Part shown: positions 61,578-64,000 of the stretch, piece by piece | Position numbering within the stretch: the first letter of the stretch is position 1 | Layout of the letters: every line of letters starts with the position of its first letter | Origin: an uncultured Lewinella sp. | GTDB taxonomy: Bacteria > Bacteroidota > Bacteroidia > Chitinophagales > Saprospiraceae | Direction of reading: 5' to 3' | Assembly: GCA_937873655.1 (NCBI GenBank) | Contig: CALMYQ010000096.1 | Coordinates: 26,439-90,438 of the forward strand | DNA length: 64,000 bases | Notes under the pieces: generated by a model | Database searches by the model: none | Told to the model about the DNA's origin: nothing | Seen by the model: only the letters and a program-made list of their open reading frames with translations | Made by a program: the position numbers and the translations under genes

Positions 61578-64000
61578 ATGAATCGCCTTAGGAATCCTGC
61601 CTGTTTGCTCTTCCTTTCACTGGTCTGTTCCGTCCGCATGGCGGCACAAACCGAAAACTTCCGTTTTGAACAATTGCCCGAAGAGACCGGCCTCGGCAGC
61701 GGGAGTATCAATGACATTTTGCAGGACCATAAGGGTTTTCTTTGGTTTGCCACCTGGACCGGCCTGGTGCGTTATGACGGGTACGCCGCCAGGATCTACA
61801 AGCAAGACCCCGGCAATAATTTTGCCCTGAAAAGCAACAAGGTCACCGCCATTTACGAAGACCGCCACGACCGGCTCTGGATCGGCACCAATTACTCCGG
61901 CTTTTACCTCTACGACCGCGAAAAAGAGGGCTTTATCCGCTTTTCGCACGACCCCAAAAACCGGAACAGCCTGAGCTCGGACAACGTCTGGTCCATCCTG
62001 GAAGACAGCGAAGGCATCCTCTGGATCGGCACCGAAGAAGGGCTCAACCGCTTTGACCCCGTCAGGAAAACCTTTATTTGTTATGAGAACGACCCGAAGG
62101 ATAACCGAAGCCTGAGCCACAATTTCGTCTACTCCCTCATGGAAATGCCCGATCACGCCGTCTGGGTAGGCACGGAAACCGGGCTCAACCGGCTGATAAA
62201 AGGGAAGAACGGCGGCGACGATTTCTTCATCCGGTATTCCCTTTCGCCCTACGGGCTTTCGCAGGAAGATTATTATTCGCATAATTTCATCAAATCCCTG
62301 AAGCCCGCCATCCACCGGCCCAATGCCTTCTGGGTAGGCACCAGCCTCGGTTTGAAATTGGTGGAATACGACAACGAGGACCTGAATAACCTGGAGGTGA
62401 AAACCTGGTACCACAATGCCGCCGACCCGACCAGCCTCAGCAACGGTTTTGTCAATGCCGTGCAGCCGAAAAGCAAAGACAGCTTGTGGGTAGCCACCAT
62501 CAACGGGCTGAACCTCCTGGATATTCCTTCCGGCAAATTCAAGCATTTCACTTCCGAAAGCAGGATCCCCTTCAGCCTCAACAACAATGGCATCCGGTCC
62601 CTGTATCAGGACCGGTCGGGCATTCTTTGGATCGGCACCGAAAAAGGCGTCAACAAGCTCAACCTCAACGCCAAACCGTTCCAAAGCCTGCGCCTCAACG
62701 AAAGCGACAAGACCGACCACGTCATCACCTGCGTCATCAATACGCCGGATAAGGAAGGCCTCTGGATCGGCACCCGCGGCGGCGGATTGAACTTTGTGCC
62801 GCTCGGCCCCGAAGGCCTCGACCGCCAGGGGCTGCGCTTCTACCGCCTGTCCCCGCCCCGGTTCAGCGACCAGTCCGACATCGTTTCGGACATCATGATC
62901 GACAGAAACGGATGGCTCTGGATCGCTACGCAAGGCGCCGGCATCCTGAAGGTCAAAACCTCGGAGATCCCCAGGGAAAGCGGCCCGCTCAGCAAAATGA
63001 CCCAGTACATCAAGGGCGGAGAGCGGCATAACCTGAGCGACAACTACATCATGTCGCTCCTCGAATGCCGGTCGGGCGATATCTGGCTCGGCTATTGGGA
63101 CAGCGGCCTCGACCGGTACGACCCGGTCAGGGATACCCTTTATCATTACGGCGAAACCGCCGGATTCGAAGTGGACCTGAACGCTTTTCCCGTCGTCCAC
63201 CTGATGGAAACCCAGGAAAACGGCCGGTCCTTCCTCTGGCTGGGCACCCGGGGCGACGGCGTGCTCAAATTGCAGTTCGATGAAAAGGAAAACAAGCTCC
63301 GGCTCATCGACAAATACCGGTACGACGAAAAAGATCCCTACAGGCTGAGCAACAACTTCATCAACAGTTTTCTCCCCGATCAGCAGGGCAATATCTGGAT
63401 CGGAACCGAAAACGGCCTGAACCGGCTGACCCCCGACGGCAATCCTTCACTCTATTTCTTTGAAAACAACGGCCTGGCCAACGACGCCATTCAATCAATC
63501 CTTTGCGCAGATGACAAAGAGGTCTGGGTCAGTACCCTGCAGGGGATTTCCAGGATACAACTGACCGGGGGGCAGCCAAAAATCAAAAACTTCGACGCCT
63601 TTGACGGCTTGCTGGACAATTTCTTCGACGACAATTCGGCACTCCGGACCGCCAACGGCTACTTCGTCTTCGGCGGTATCAACGGGCTGAACTACTTCAA
63701 CCCCAAAGCCATCAAAAGGGATACTATTCCGCCGGCTATCGTCATTTCCGACTTCAAGCTGTTCAACCATTCCGTTCCGGTCGGCGATTGGGGCGGCAGA
63801 AAGGCCATCCTCCAAAAAAGCATTTCCGAAACCGACCAGATCACCCTCTCCTACCGCGATAACGTCATCGCTTTCGAATTCACCGGCCTGCAGTTCAGCG
63901 AACCGCAAAAGATCCGCTACGCCTACAAGCTCGAAGGGTTTATCGAAGATTGGGTCTATACCGATGCATCCCAGCGCATAGCCCAGTATACCAATCTGCC
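61578..64000 (+). CDS. Hybrid sensor kinase N-terminal portion: two-component regulator propeller repeats plus Y_Y_Y domain (runs off the window end)
   Basis: Not in the ORF track because there is no stop in the window. ATG at 61578, and that frame has no listed competing ORF. My translation gives MNRLRNPACLLFLSLVCSVRMAAQTENFRFEQLPEETGLGSGSINDILQDHKGFLWFATWTGLVRYDGY..., with repeated ...G.LWIGT..GLNR.. units, ending ...IRYAYKLEGFIEDWVYTD (Y_Y_Y motif). Confidence 0.8.
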   Translation, partial: MNRLRNPACLLFLSLVCSVRMAAQTENFRFEQLPEETGLGSGSINDILQDHKGFLWFATWTGLVRYDGYAARIYKQDPGNNFALKSNKVTAIYEDRHDRLWIGTNYSGFYLYDREKEGFIRFSHDPKNRNSLSSDNVWSILEDSEGILWIGTEEGLNRFDPVRKTFICYENDPKDNRSLSHNFVYSLMEMPDHAVWVGTETGLNRLIKGKNGGDDFFIRYSLSPYGLSQEDYYSHNFIKSLKPAIHRPNAFWVGTSLGLKLVEYDNEDLNNLEVKTWYHNAADPTSLSNGFVNAVQPKSKDSLWVATINGLNLLDIPSGKFKHFTSESRIPFSLNNNGIRSLYQDRSGILWIGTEKGVNKLNLNAKPFQSLRLNESDKTDHVITCVINTPDKEGLWIGTRGGGLNFVPLGPEGLDRQGLRFYRLSPPRFSDQSDIVSDIMIDRNGWLWIATQGAGILKVKTSEIPRESGPLSKMTQYIKGGERHNLSDNYIMSLLECRSGDIWLGYWDSGLDRYDPVRDTLYHYGETAGFEVDLNAFPVVHLMETQENGRSFLWLGTRGDGVLKLQFDEKENKLRLIDKYRYDEKDPYRLSNNFINSFLPDQQGNIWIGTENGLNRLTPDGNPSLYFFENNGLANDAIQSILCADDKEVWVSTLQGISRIQLTGGQPKIKNFDAFDGLLDNFFDDNSALRTANGYFVFGGINGLNYFNPKAIKRDTIPPAIVISDFKLFNHSVPVGDWGGRKAILQKSISETDQITLSYRDNVIAFEFTGLQFSEPQKIRYAYKLEGFIEDWVYTDASQRIAQYTNL

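Overview
64-kb chromosomal window, GC-rich by eye (most 60-nt lines are about 55-65% G+C). It comes from a Bacteroidota-type genome: type IX secretion (T9SS) genes porU/porV, a PorP/SprF gene, SprB-repeat cargo with type-A and type-B C-terminal sorting domains, and TAnnTTTG-like -7 boxes. A Saprospiria-like lineage is only a guess. I call 36 protein-coding genes (two run off the window ends; the last one is absent from the ORF track because it has no stop in the window) and one tRNA-Asn(GTT). I see no rRNA, CRISPR array, transposase, integrase or recognisable defence genes. Gene content: ABC ATPase, GT4 and GT2 glycosyltransferases, MscS channel, porU-porV-lpxK-acyltransferase, ECF sigma factor, small regulators (AraC, Crp, DinB, SRPBCC), a TonB-dependent receptor with DUF4249 partner, a heavy-metal-type RND efflux operon with its two-component system, a DUF2339/DUF3999 pair, rhodanese plus DASS transporter, PfkB kinase, DUF1080, a class V aminotransferase, a 3016-aa T9SS surface protein, a type-B CTD protein with its PorP/SprF partner, and two sensor kinases. 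I did not find a clear-cut new multi-gene system. The observations most worth follow-up are: (1) a pervasive family of intergenic 'word-array' hairpins built from tandem 7- or 8-nt words and their complements, including one in-frame copy inside the DUF2339 gene and one that obscures the start of the DUF3999 gene; (2) two inverted copies of a ~210-bp MITE-like element bracketing the 14-kb efflux/two-component/DUF2339 segment; (3) an in-frame RND pump-outer membrane factor fusion, with a shared CTTAAG direct-repeat box upstream of both the pump and its regulator operon; (4) an unrecognisable 1114-aa internally triplicated protein plus lipoprotein pair; (5) the giant T9SS protein, which combines four Kazal-type modules, 20 SprB-type repeats, and cohesin-like and dockerin-like modules. 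All family assignments are from motif recognition by eye; no searches were run.
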